The position numbers and the translations under genes are program-made. From Paramecium tetraurelia (lineage: Eukaryota): 64,000 bases of DNA. A model generated the notes under the pieces. The model saw nothing but the letters and a program-made list of their open reading frames with translations, searched no databases and was not told the origin of the DNA. Location of the stretch: contig CT868050.1 of assembly GCA_000165425.1 (NCBI GenBank), positions 62,001 to 126,000 of the forward strand. Direction: 5' to 3'. Shown piece after piece: positions 11,806-25,348 of this stretch. Positions within the stretch are counted from its first letter, which is position 1. Every line of letters starts with the position of its first letter.

Positions 11806-14800
11806 TCATATCTAACCTAATTTAAAGGAACATTAATATAGCATTGCTCCGACTTTAATTTTTTCTTTATCCGATATTTTTTCCTCTAGAGCCGAAAAAC
11901 TTTTGATTGGGTTTTGATTTTTCAAGAATTCTTCAACTGACATACCTTTAAGCATATGTTTTCCATAAAGTTGTATGCTTAACTTAGATGATTTTTTAAA
12001 GGCGGAATTCAGAAAATTAAGTACATCTTCTTTTTTTAGAAGATCTATTTAATCAATGGTTATATCTTTTTCTTCAAATATGAAATCATTATTTGATATA
12101 TGATCCCAATAAGCCTATCCTTTTTCGAATAGTGTTTTTTCTTTTTATCTCAATTATTAAATCTAAAATATAATGATTATTTAATACCGCTGCTTTTTTT
12201 AATTCCTCAATGTCGAAATCTGTCATCTTTTCAACCTCCTGATAGAAGAATTAAAGGAAGTCTTCAATATATTAATTCACTTAATATGGGGTTTGAGCAC
12301 TGCCTTAGACCAAAATTGAAGCTCCATCAAGACACTCCAATGGTTAAAACTTAGCAGAAACCAAGTATCCCAATTGTTTATCTGTTCGTAAATAATTGAA
12401 CGCATAACTGTTAAAGGTACCTTTCAAGATATTCATAATAGCAAATTATTTTCTATTTCTATTTCCAAAAATGTAATAATTTAATGTAGCTCCATTATTT
12501 TCATTAGATTCTGCTGCATATGGAACTATGTAATTATGAGAGAGCTTTAGAATTTTTGAGTAGATGGGATTATAATCCAAGTGCTTTGGTTTTCCAAAGA
12601 GCTTTTTCTCAATAGATTTGAATAGAGAGAGTGCTTCTTCTCTGAGTACGTTTCCTGTTAAATAGAGTTAAAAGTTTGTTCCTTTGAATAATTAGGAATG
12701 GAATTACTCATAATCTTTGATATTGATGTTTTTTAGTTCTTATAAGATTGATTTTGGTTCATAGTAACCGAATATAAGAGTCTATAATATAAATGATAAT
12801 ATACATTTAAGAAAAAGTGATTCTTAATTTGAGAATATAATGGACTTTGTATTTCTTGGTTATATTAATTAATCAAAGTCTTGAGTGTTTGCTCATAAAT
12901 CTGTTTATCAATTTATTGTTTTGTGAAAAATGTTAAAGAATCATCTATGAAATCAAAGAATTTATCATTCCAACCATAAATATTAAATATAATGTGATTG
13001 GGTGATGATTAAAACTTGAAATTGTAATTGTTTTAAAAGGCTGATTCTAAGTTTTATGAAATTAAAGCCGACGTATAGGATTGAAATATTTTTAAGAGGA
13101 CTTATTATTTTAAATTGAATTGGAAGTTGATTTTATCTATTTTCATTCCCATAAAAATGGCTGGTGTTTTATAAGATCTATCTAATTTCCACCACAATTT
13201 TCCAATTGATGATTTAAACAAATATTCAGGAAGAGGATATAATTCTTCATATTAGTGTTCATACTGTAAACATTCCTTATTAGATTAAAAACAATTATTA
13301 CTTCAACATTGGAAAAGACCATTTCTGAATTTCTCTAAATGAGCATATTCTTATTTTGTAAATCCTCATAGGGATCTTCATCTATTTTGCTCTCTGAATA
13401 AGGTTTGCAAAATGATTTCATTTTCAAATCATTCGGTTGGTATTTATGAATAGATGGCAATTAAAATTTTGGTTGTTCAACTTCATCATAAGACTATATT
13501 TTCTATATGATTGAATCTGGGATGTCCAAATAGGCATAGTTAACCCTGTTGACTTTATCATATTAGACATCAGGATGATTTAATTGGGAATCCCCTAAAA
13601 ACACATTCAAATTATCAATATCCAATAGATCTGTAAGATAAAAGTATATTAATTCTGGGTCGTATTCCTCGTACAAATATTTTCTAGATAAAACATCATG
13701 AATTCCATAGATATTCAAATTGTGAGCAATTTCTTAAATATCTTCAATGATGTTTTCTTTGAAATTGAATTTAAGTGATGCTGTTTTCTTATAATCGTTA
13801 TATAAGGCTCTTAATTTAACATTATCAGCTACAGTATCGCCTTAATCATCGAATAAAGTCTGTATGAGGTAGTAATAATAAGAAAAGACAGATTAAATAA
13901 TCCGGTCGTAGTCATTGAAACTGTAAACTTAGAATTCTAAAGCCAAAACACTAAAACAGCCGTTATGATCATTAAATAAAATACCACTTGACATATCTAT
14001 AATGAGGTTTTTTGATATTAGATATTCTTTGACTCCTTTGCTTGATTAAATTAGATTATTAATGAGTTCGATTGATTTTGTTTTGTATTATTATTGAACA
14101 TCAGACAATTAATGAGTGATGTAAACTTTCTTTACGTCTGAATTCGATCGATATTAGATTAATTAAGTGCCATACTAGATTGGAGATCCGAAATCTTCAC
14201 ATGTAGGTTCAACTAAATTGTTATTTTTGATCTTTTCAAAATTCTTTATGTAGGTTTTAAGATCAGATATTGGCAGACTGCTTTCTATAACTAATGACAT
14301 TAAATTAGATGAGTAGGCTTAATTAAAAAATTCTTTCAACTTTTCTGATACTATCGAATGTATATTAAAGATAAATTACTTTCATCCTTTAATAAAGTAT
14401 TTAAGTTTCCTATTGAGAACTGGCTAAATGGATGCGATTTTTCTGAGATTATCTTTAATAGGGCTTCAATTTTCCATTCATCAGTACCAGTGATGATTTC
14501 ATATTCATTATTCACTGCATTCACTTCCTTCTCTACCATCTTCTGATCCAAGATTGGGTCGATGAAGAAGTGACTAAACACATCTAAACTTTAATGCAAT
14601 GCACTGTTTTGGATTGTGAAGTAATAATTGGTTTCATAGTTATCTGTGTATGCATTGTTTGTGCCTCCATTGTTGTGAATCAAATTATTAAAATAATTAG
14701 GGTCTGGAAATGTATGCGATCCAACAAATAGCATGTGCTCTAAGAGATGTGCTAAGCCACCATAATTAGCTGGTTCTTGGAAGGAGCCTGCTTTTACACT

Positions 14801-15016
14801 TAATGCCACTTATGAAATAATTGCATCGTTATTTTAGATCAATAAAACAGTGAGTCCATTTTCCAATGTGATTTATTCATAAATGTTGGTGTCAATCAAG
14901 GGTTTTTTAATTAGCTATTTCTAAAGAAATGATGTTTGATCATGCTATGTGGGTTTTTACTATTAAATCATCATAGTAAGCATAAAGGTTATTAAACAGA
15001 ATACGATTATGAGCAT
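11806..15016 (-). CDS. Insulysin-like metallopeptidase (M16A)
   Basis: ITLENGLTVLL...GGLAHLLEHMLFVGS (inverted HxxEH)...GGTNNAYT...EVNAVNNEY. Hydrophobic N-terminus MLIIVFCLITFMLTMMI. TGA at 11806-11808. Confidence 0.95.
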
Positions 15017-15599
15017 TATTGTGTTAAATATTGGGGATACTATCTTCTAGTATCCCTTTGCATTATTTAATTTCATTTTCGACTCGACTAATCCTTGCAG
15101 TTCTTCTTTCATTAAAAACGATAATATTAATTTGTGATTTTAATAAATAAATTTAAAAAAAACAAACAATTAACAAAATGCTCTACGCAACAAATAGCTT
15201 GTATTACAGATAATTCCTCACCACCACAGGAAAGTAATGAAAATATTCATATTCAAATTAGGAAATCAAAAGCACAATATTAACCATAGCATTAATAAAC
15301 AATTGCAAAGGGATAAAACTCTGAGCATCCAGCTGCTTAAAGTGCATGATTTATATATTCAAAATATATCACACATATATTAAATGCGAAGTATTTGTTT
15401 GAGTTGCTGTTCTAAGTTGCTTAGAGTGTTTTCGAGTATTTTCTCCACAAATTAGATTATAATAAATTATATTGATTAAAGTTAGAGTCTTCAAATAACC
15501 TATTTATAATTTATACGTAATCAAACTAGAATTTGATAAATTTCCATGATTATCTATAAATATTTACATACTTAATTAGAGACTAAAGAACTAGTTATT

Positions 15600-16867
15600 A
15601 TGAATTTAAATAATATAAATATTTGTGCACTTGAAATGAAATGTCAAGATGACAAACCAGCTTCATAATCTTATTAATTTCTGGATAAATTAGGCGAAGG
15701 GTATACATATTTTTTACAGCTTAAGTTCCTTTGGATATATCTGGAAAGTCAAGTAAATCTCCACTGGCTAGATCTATGCCTGCAAATTAGTAAAAAATAC
15801 GATGAAAAAAGAGAGGACACTTCTTTAAAGAGAAATAAAGATTTTGTAAATATTAAAAGGAAAAAAGGGTAATGATTCATCTGCTAACTGAAGGATTTAC
15901 CCAATTAATCACATCTGGTTAGGATAACAGAAACACTTATTTTATTATGAATTTGCTAGGAGATAACTTGGAATAGGTAAGAATGAAATGTGGCAATTTT
16001 GATTCTACTAGTATTTTGAATACAGGACAGTAGATGATTCAGTTACTTAAAGACCTTCATCATTCAAATATTATCCATAGAGACATTAAGCCAGAAAACT
16101 TTGTGGTTTATTAGGACAAACTACATTTGATTGATTTTGGATTATCCAAATAATATATATAGGATGGAAAACATATAGAATTCAGAGAGCAAAAGGGTAT
16201 GATTGGAACTGCAAGATATGCTTCCATTAATAGTTTAAAAGGCAATGAATAATCTAGGAGAGATGACTTAGAATCAGTAGGTTACTTGCTAATCTACTTG
16301 TTCATGGGCACATTACCATGGAACAACATTGTGGCTGATGACAAGACTGTCAAATATTATAAGATACAGAGAATGAAGGAAGCATTTAAACCAGAAACAT
16401 ATATTAACCTTCCTCCAGAGCTATCAAAATACCTTGAATATGTTAGAAGACTTAAATTTGATCAATAGCCTGATTATGATTATTTATTCAAATTATTTAG
16501 GAGAGGAGAAGATTTAACTGGAACTCCCAAATTGTAAATCTAATAAAATCACATGTCAATCAAAACCAATTTAGTTCGTTTAAAGAACATAGATAGAACT
16601 CAATGTTAGACTACTCGCAAATTATTTAATCAAGTTGGAAACACTAGTCGTCGAATTACCTTTGAAGATCTCAGCTCAGCTGGGGCAGATATAATGGAGG
16701 AGTTGGATAATAATGAGAGAATTCAATTAAAAAACCTATAAGTAGGCATAAAACAACCAAATACTTTCAATAAAATAAACAAAGTCAGAATGGGGTCAGA
16801 CTAAATATTTGAAATAGAAAATAAACTACAATACTAAGTACCTTTTTCATTAAAATAACTAAAATGA
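15600..16867 (+). CDS. Casein kinase 1 family kinase
   Basis: LGEG(intron)SFG, HRDIKPENF, LIDFGLSK, MIGTARYASINS, EQSRRDDLESVGYLL. Start is 15600 or 15636. Confidence 0.95.
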
Positions 16868-17241
16868 ATAAATTGATTATTTTGATTATAATATGAAGGT
16901 TAAATTACATTTTTCAAGTTTTTCATCCAATAATCCAATTGTTATTAAGTGATTTTATCATAAAATATATTAGATATTTGGTTTCACTCAAGGATTATCT
17001 TTAAAATATCAGAATAAATATATTTCATATAATCTAAATTTATAATTTTGACTTCTCAATCTGATTGACAATCATTATAGTTATAACAATTTCTTGTGAT
17101 ACTATTAAAGTTGATTGATTATAAGGATAATCATAGAATAACATTTAAAAAAAGAATATAATTATGATGAATATACATAGAAAAGTTATGCTTAGATTAA
17201 TTTTAATTAAATTGTTAAAAAAGTCTTTCTTTAATAGAAAA

Positions 17242-19187
17242 ATGTCGATTACATAGTTAAATAGGAAAATAAATCAGCTATTAAATTCCATTTTGGGAAA
17301 ATAAGAGGAATGCATTAGGTTAAATATCCTGGATTTGTATAATAACTTTCAAGATCCTGAATTTGATTAATATATGTTTTAGCTCTGGTAGTTACTATTA
17401 CATTAGGTTTAGTTATCTCTTCTATGTGACTGATAATAAATGTATAAAGGAGTTACTTTATAATTATGCTTTTTAAAATACTGTAAAATTTTTTAGATTG
17501 GAATGGATGCTAAAGGCTTTGAATGAAGACTCCAAATGCTAAAAAGTAAAGATCGGGTTTTCTACATTTTTGAAAGTAATTTCGAGGAAATATTTCTTAG
17601 TAATTGTAAACAGAGTTCGACTAAAAATATTGGAGTTTAGCAGGGAAATCATAAAAAAGTAAAATTACAATTTAAAATCCTAGCCAAATCGGCAAATAGT
17701 CCATCAATTTATAAAGATAAACAGGATCAAATAATATTCAATTTGATTGAATAAAGCTTGAGATTGAAAAAAATAAGTATAGAAAAACAAAAGGATCATA
17801 TGAAAACTTTTTTAATGTTGATAAATCAAATGATAACAAGTTTAAGATTTTCGGGGCAACCTGAATTTTGTGGCTTAACTATTCCTTTTAACTGTGATAA
17901 TGTAGATTCCTTTCTAATAGTAAATTTACTTGAAGATGAGTTTACTTGTTTCAATACAGCAAAAAGAGTTCCTTATAAGATCACTATAGAAACAGTAAAG
18001 TATATATAAAATAAAATGAACACTTAGTCCTTCTGAATTGGAGTTGATATAGAATATTAATCAATTAACCTAGAATAATTTGCCATAGCTGATTCCTATA
18101 TATGATATAGAAAAGGAAATGAGAAGCATTTCTTAAGTCAAAATATTTTAACAATATAATATCGAGGAATTAAAGAAGTATTAAATGTTATTATTTTATG
18201 TAGATTGGCTTTAAAAAAAATAGATTTTTAAAGAATGCAATACTTATAAAAGTAGAGCAAGATCGCTGAAAAGGATATAAATGTCTCCAGATCTTCAAAC
18301 TCTTCGATTTGGGGAGAGGATTGGAATATTACAAAGTAAAAGATTAAATAAAATTCATTATATGGGAACCTGAAATCCCATGTAGTTAGATAGATCATAA
18401 TAAAAGGAGGTGACGATCTCAGAAGCGAACTCTTAATTATGCAAATGATGAGAAAAATTAATGAAATATTCAATTAGAAAAAAAACAATCTTTACCTTCG
18501 ACCTTATGATATCATTCTAACATCTCCAAATAGTGGTATATTGGAATTCATACCCAATACTGTTTCTATTGATAAGATTAAAAGAGAATATTAAGGAATC
18601 TCGTTGAGAAAATTTTACTAAATGAACTTTGACAACTTTCAAGAGGCTCAAAAGAACTTTGCTGAAAGTTTGGCAGCATACTCATTAATTTGTTATTTAT
18701 TCTAGTTAAAGGACAGACACAATGGGAATATTTTAATTGATAATTAAGGCCACATAATTCACATAGACTTTGGATTTGTATTGACATTGACTCCAGGAAA
18801 TGTTGGTTTTGAGTCTGCTCCATTTAAATTAATAAGTGAATATGAGGAATTATTAAACGGTAAAGATAGTGATATGTATATGTATTACAAAATAATGATA
18901 TTTTCAGGTATGTATTAATATTTAAATGTATAGGTCTTGCTATTCTGTAAGAGAACATCACAGAATTAATAACCTTTGTAAAATTAATTAATTTCAGTCC
19001 CAATCATAACCTTTTGAATTGTTTGGAGAATTTTAGTATCAATGAATTCAAGAAAAGATTTCATGAAAATGTTGACTAAAAGAAACTCTTTGAAATAGCC
19101 GATAATTTGGTCAAGCAATCTAGCAATTCATTAAAGACCTAGCTATATGATTATTTTCAATTCTAAACCAATACTATTTATTATTGA
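17242..19187 (+). CDS. Phosphatidylinositol 4-kinase, type III (beta/PIK1-like)
   Basis: [60 protein letters not shown]...GFESAPFKL, C-terminus YDYFQFQTNTIYY*. Start is approximate. Confidence 0.93.
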
Positions 19188-19435
19188 CGCCTTATTATTT
19201 TTAAATTATATAACCATCGTAAAGATCACCTAAATATAATTAAAAATTGAAAGAAAAGGAAAACGAGATTTTCATGGTTCCAGATCAGCCAAGTAAGAGA
19301 AATTGAAATATAACGTATAATTTGTATTGAAACATGGAGGGACCAAAACACTAAACCAATTGAAGGTACATATAATTTCAAAATACCTTAATAATTAGTA
19401 CTATTATTGTATAAATTATAAATTTATATAAATAT

Positions 19436-21122
19436 TCAACTATTAGTTCTTTTATGTTGTTTTATCATATTTTAAATGTCATCTAGCACTCTTATTTTAC
19501 TCTATTACACTTATCTTTAGTGCATAATAAAGTCTTTTGTCTTTAGGGCTTCCCTCTCCTCTTGAATTCTCTCATTTTCAATCAATTTCATCTTTTCTTC
19601 TAACTATTTTTATAAGGGAATACTTACATATCTCTATTCATTTTATAAAGTCTTTTGGTTTTATTTAGTTTTTAGATATTTATTTTTATAGATTTCTATC
19701 TATTCTTCACTCACAATAGCTTACTTTTTCATTTCCTGTATTAGTCTTTTTGAATCTGCTAATTCATCCTATGAATAGTTTAATTGAAGTTGCAATGACT
19801 CTAGTTTCTTTTCTATTTGTGATTGTTTCTATTGAATATACATATTAAATTACTTCCAAGTGTTGCTAATTCAAATAGGAGATATCATTATCTGATTCAT
19901 ATAATAGTTATTATAATCTTCTATTATCTTAATTGAGTTAATCTAAGTCTTGTAAAATCTAACCTCTTTCTTCCTAATCTATCTGGTATTGTTTATCATA
20001 CTAAGCCAATTTTTCTTCATATGTTTATACTAAGGATTTCTATGATTCTAATTTGGACTTCAATTCTTTTACTTCCTAAACTGAATAATGTGCCTCTTTT
20101 AATGCTAAATCAGTTTTATTTCTTTGATCATCTAGATGAGATTATAATTTGATATTTTCTTATTATTTTTCTAAGATGGAATTATTCAATGCGAATTCTT
20201 GCTTCTATTATTAGCTAATCATGTTTTCCAATTATTAAATTTGATTGCCCATGTTTTTGATCTTCTCTTTTTTTTTATTGATTTATGCATTCAATTCTTA
20301 CTGTTATGTCAATTTTTCCTATTAAACTTTATTGAGTTCCAGTGAATGACGCGATTCATTAATTTTAATTTGTTTTTCTAAGTCTTCAGCTTTACTATTA
20401 ACATTGTTAATAGTTAATTGTAAGATCTTGTTTTCTTCTAATTGCTCTTTTATATTTGATTCTAATAGCTAAGCATTTTATTTTTCTTCCTTAATTGCCA
20501 TTTCTAGGTATCGACATTGTTCTTCTTTTGCAATAATAGCTTATTTTAACACATTATTTTCATCTTTCAATATGGAGTATCGTTTTTCATGATCCTTACT
20601 AATTAACTTATTTAGAATCCATACATCTCATTTGTTAACGCATCGTAGAGTCGCTGCACTCTATCCAATTCAACCTAGAATTAGGCCTTCTGTTCTTCCA
20701 ACTTTGTATCATTGGCTTTAGACTCATCTTTCAATAACTTGATTTTATTTTTCTTCTTCTGCACCTTATTTTTCATATCGTTTAATTATGTTTTCAAATC
20801 TTCATTGCCTTTGGTTTACCAATCTGATCGTTCTCTCTCATATTTTTGGATGAGTTCTTCTTTCAATTGTAATATCTTCTCTTGATCTTTGCCCTCCTGC
20901 ATGTAGTCTCTTAAGGCTGCCTATGCCATCAATAAATGTTCTTACTTTTAACTTGGAATTGAGGTCCTTTAATTTGTTATATTTGTCTCTTGACACAAAA
21001 CCAGATTAAGAGGTCATTTCTTTCCACGCATTTGGAGAATTGGAAGCGAGTGGGTCGATATCTCTTCTAGCTTGATTTTATCGATTAAGTAAATCGTTGC
21101 TCGAGCCTTGGTTTGTTCTCAT
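19436..21122 (-). CDS. Long coiled-coil protein, unknown function
   Basis: ATG at 21122 (MRTNQGSSNDLL...); E/K/Q/L-rich heptad composition; short introns; ends KIRVLDDIQNMIKQHKRTNS*. Confidence 0.75.
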
Positions 21123-21247
21123 TATTTAAATATTAATTTTTTATAACAGTCACATCAATAAAATGGATTAAAAAAATTAAATATTTATCAATGAAGAATT
21201 TTTGAAAGTTGAAATAATGTTTATAATTCATTCTTTTTCCATATTTA

Positions 21248-24200
21248 ATGAGTAGCGATAATTTAAGAAAAGGATTGATTAACGATAGCTTTGGAGACTT
21301 CGGGAGTTTCGTAGAGACCCAAATGCCTGAGGAGAAGAAAACAATGAGAGAAAAAGCAGGATTCTTCGGGAAAATGTTTGTTTCCTGGATCTACCCTACT
21401 TTGTAAAATGTGCTATTAACCTAAGGAAATTAGCTTAAAGTCAGCCATTGGAGATTGAAACAATACAACCTCTGGCAAAGACTGAGAAATCCAAATATCT
21501 TTACGAGAAATTCAAAAAATAATTGAGCATTACTAAGAGAGGCGAAAATACTATATTCGAGGCCTTGTTTCACACATTTTAGAAGCGAATCATAATTACT
21601 TTTATTTGGTTAATAATTTCAGCCAGCACTGCAGTTGTTATTCCAATTATGATTAAGAATATTATTGACTACATTACCAGGTAGGAAGAGGATTATGTAT
21701 ATGCTACCATAATAATTGCAGTTATCATGATATCAAGAGCAATTAATATGATTTCGAATGCTTAATCTAGATTGGAGATTGTAAATGAATTTAATATTTT
21801 AAGAGAGCCTTTGGTTTTGATGCTTAATCTGTACTTTCAGTAGAATTATTGAGTAAAAGTTTACGAACTTCTTTTTTAAGTAATCCGAGGTACACTACTG
21901 GAGAAGTGATAAATTTGATGTAAGTGGATGCAGGGAAACTACAATTTGTAACATATTACTTGGGAGTGGCATTGTTGGTTCCAATCTAGTTGATAGTCAC
22001 AATATATTTAATGTTTGTTTATATTGGATTATCGTTTCTTGGAGGGTTCGGTATAATGTTGTTAACAGCAGTTTGGAACACGATGATAGGTAAGTTCTTA
22101 ATGAAATATTAACAAACGATGATGAAGGAGAAGGACAAGAGGACAAATTGTGCAAATCAGATATTCTCATAGATCAAATTCATTAAAATAAATGCTTTTG
22201 AAGAGTTCTTCAGAGAGAAACTATTCAAATTGAGGAAGGCTGAGATCAATATAACTAGAAAGCGTTACTTTGGAACGGCCTTCTATATCTTTTCAGTTTG
22301 GTTAAGTCCTTTATTGATATTGTGTGGAACATTCCTTATGCACATTTTATTAGGCCACCAACTCAGTGCTGGGAGTACGTTTGCAATCATAAGTTTATTC
22401 TAAATGTTGCAATAACCTTTGTTACAATTACCAATAGCAATCAATGAGGTTATGGCTACTAATATCAGTTTAAAAAGAATACAGAAGTTCTTATTTACTG
22501 AGGAATTATAATCGGATTGCATCTAGTATGATTATTATGACGATGAAAAATCAATTGAAATAAGAGACGGTAATTTCTATTGGTCAGCGCTTAAGAAGGA
22601 GGAAATTGATGAGTAAGAGAAGAAGGAGTAGGAGAACAAAAAGAAGAAGAAGAAGCAAAAGAAAAGCAAAAAGTTTTAGGTCGAAGAGTAAAGCCATGAG
22701 GAAGATGAGAAGAAATAGGTGCTGTTTAATATCAATATTGAAATTAAGAAGGGACGGATGATTGGCATAATAGGAGATGTGGGATCAGGCAAGACATCAA
22801 TCTTATAGGCCATAATAGGGGAGATGTTGTTTAAAACTGAGAGTCCTCCTAAAGTTACTGTGGGAGGTTCATTGGCATATGTGGGACAGAAGTATTGGAT
22901 ACAAAACTTAACTGTAAAAGAAAACATATTATTTGGATTAGAGTATAAAGAATAGAAATACTAGAATGCCCTCAAATACTCCTGCTTATAGTAGGATTTG
23001 AAGATATTAATAAAAGGAGATGAAACTATGATTGGAGAAAAGGGAATAAATCTATCTGGTGGTTAAAAAGCAAGAATAAGTTTGGCTAGGGCCATCTACA
23101 GTGATGCCGACATAATATTGTTGGATGATCCAATCAGCGCAGTTGATGCACATGTAGGTAATTTCATTATGAATGAATGTTTGAATGGATATTTGAAGGA
23201 TAGAACAAGAATTCTTATTACTCATGCTTTAAACAATCTGCAATATGTAGACTACGTGTATCTATTGGAAAATGGAGCTATAATCGAGAAGGGCACGTTT
23301 GAGGAAATAAAATAATCAGTCAGTTTCAATTCGATATATTAAAAGTTATACAAACATCAACATTAAAATGATGATGAGGAGACGATTGAGTAAAAGGTGG
23401 AAGAGTTACCTCAGTTGGTGAAATAAGCCTCTTAGAAGGAGGAGAACAAGAATGATTAGAATAATGAATTGATGTTGGATGAGGACAGAGAAAGGGGCAA
23501 GTTGGCATTGGAAACTTACAAGGAATATTTTAGATTAACTGGATATTTTAATATTGCTTTGTTGGTTATAATTTAAATTTGTTGGATTATATGCTATTTT
23601 GGTACATCTATTTTGATCGCTCTTTGGACTTCTCGTGCAGAGGAAGATGAGGATATAGATAATTATAAATATTTAGAGGTTTATTTCTATTTCTCTTTGG
23701 GACAGGGAATATTTGCGTTTCTGAGACCTTTTTATTAGTTTCTGCTGGAACCAGAACATCTGATAAGATTCACACGAAAATGATAAAGTAAAGAGTATAA
23801 TTAATGATAGTTGTTTACTATATGCTCCCTAATGCTCATTTTTTGAAAGAGTGCCATTGGGTAGAATATTGAATAGGTTGACAAAGGATTAAAACTCATT
23901 GGATAGTGAAGTATATTGGGGATTGAGTTGGTTTTTTGTGGCTATCAGCTTATTGGCAGCGAACTTGACTATTTATGTCTATTCGAGTACTGCTTATATG
24001 TTGATTCCTTTGTTTTTCTACTTTTGTCTATGTTGGTGGATTCAACAGTTATATGTGACAGCAAGCAGGGAATTATAAAGATTAGAATCAATCTCTAAAA
24101 GTCCGATAGTGAGTTTCTTTGGAGAATGCATAAATGGATAGAGTTATGTGAGGGTGTTTAAAAAAGAAAGTAAATTCATAGAAAAGCATTGTGACAATAT

Positions 24201-25313
24201 GGATGTAAATCGAAGAGTGTTTTTAGAATTAATAGGATCTTAGACTTGGTTCATGTTGGTGTTGGGATTAGTAAGTTTAGTGGTGAATGCCATGGCAATA
24301 GTGTATTGTGTATTCTTCTCCTTTTCTAATCCCTCTTTGGCTGGATTGCTATTGACCTATGCAACTTAAATAGATGGCAATGTTTCGGAATGTGTTCAAT
24401 CCTTTAGTTAATTGCAATTGGGATTAGTTTCATTTGAGAGATGTTTGGCATTCACCAAAATAGAGCCTGAACCAGGATACAAGGAGTTAGTTAATAATCA
24501 TTTAGTGGAGGTTTCTCATTAGGAGAATTATTTAGATCATTGGCCAAAACAGGGAAGGATTGATTATAGTAATTATTCAGTCAGGTATCGAGAAGGATTG
24601 AAGCCTGCATTGAAGAATCTCAATATTACGATTGACCCTCAGGACAAGATTGGAGTTGTAGGCAGAACTGGAGCAGGTAAGTCTACTATGACACTAACTC
24701 TCCTGAGAATTCTTAGAAGGCTTTGGAAGGCAAAATTGTGATCGATGAAGTTGATATATCCACTATTTCATTGAAGCAACTTAGAGAACATATTACTATG
24801 ATTATGTAAGATTCCACAATATTTGATGGAACTCTAAGAGAGAACATTGACCCTTTAAATTAAAGAACAGATGAGGAAATTATCAATGTGTTGGAGCAAT
24901 GTTGTTTGAAGGATTTGGTAAAGCAGAGGAATGGATTAAATACTTAAATTAGTGAAGGAGGTGACAATTTGAGTTCTGGAGAAAAATAGCTAATTTGCAT
25001 AGCCAGGGCAGTTTTGAAAAAGAGTAAGGTGGTTTTAATTGATGAAGCCACTGCCAATATAGATGTTGAGACTGAACACAAGATATAAGAGACAATCTTG
25101 AATGCATTTCGTGATTGCACTGTTATCACAATTGCTCATAGAATAAATACTATTTTGCATTGCGATAAGTAATTAGTTATTTGAGATTTTAGAATAATTG
25201 TAGTTGATTAAGGGGAAATAAAGGAGTATGGCAAGACCAATGAATTATTGTTGTTAAAGGATTCCATTTTCTATGGAATTTATCAAGAAGCTTTGAGACA
25301 TAATAAAAAATGA
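21248..25313 (+). CDS. ABCC (MRP-like) full transporter; two frameshifts in this assembly
   Basis: NBD1: [48 protein letters not shown]2: [41 protein letters not shown]. Frameshifts near 23727 and 24715. Confidence 0.92.
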
Positions 25314-25348
25314 TATACGGTTTATAAATAATAATTAATAGTATATTT

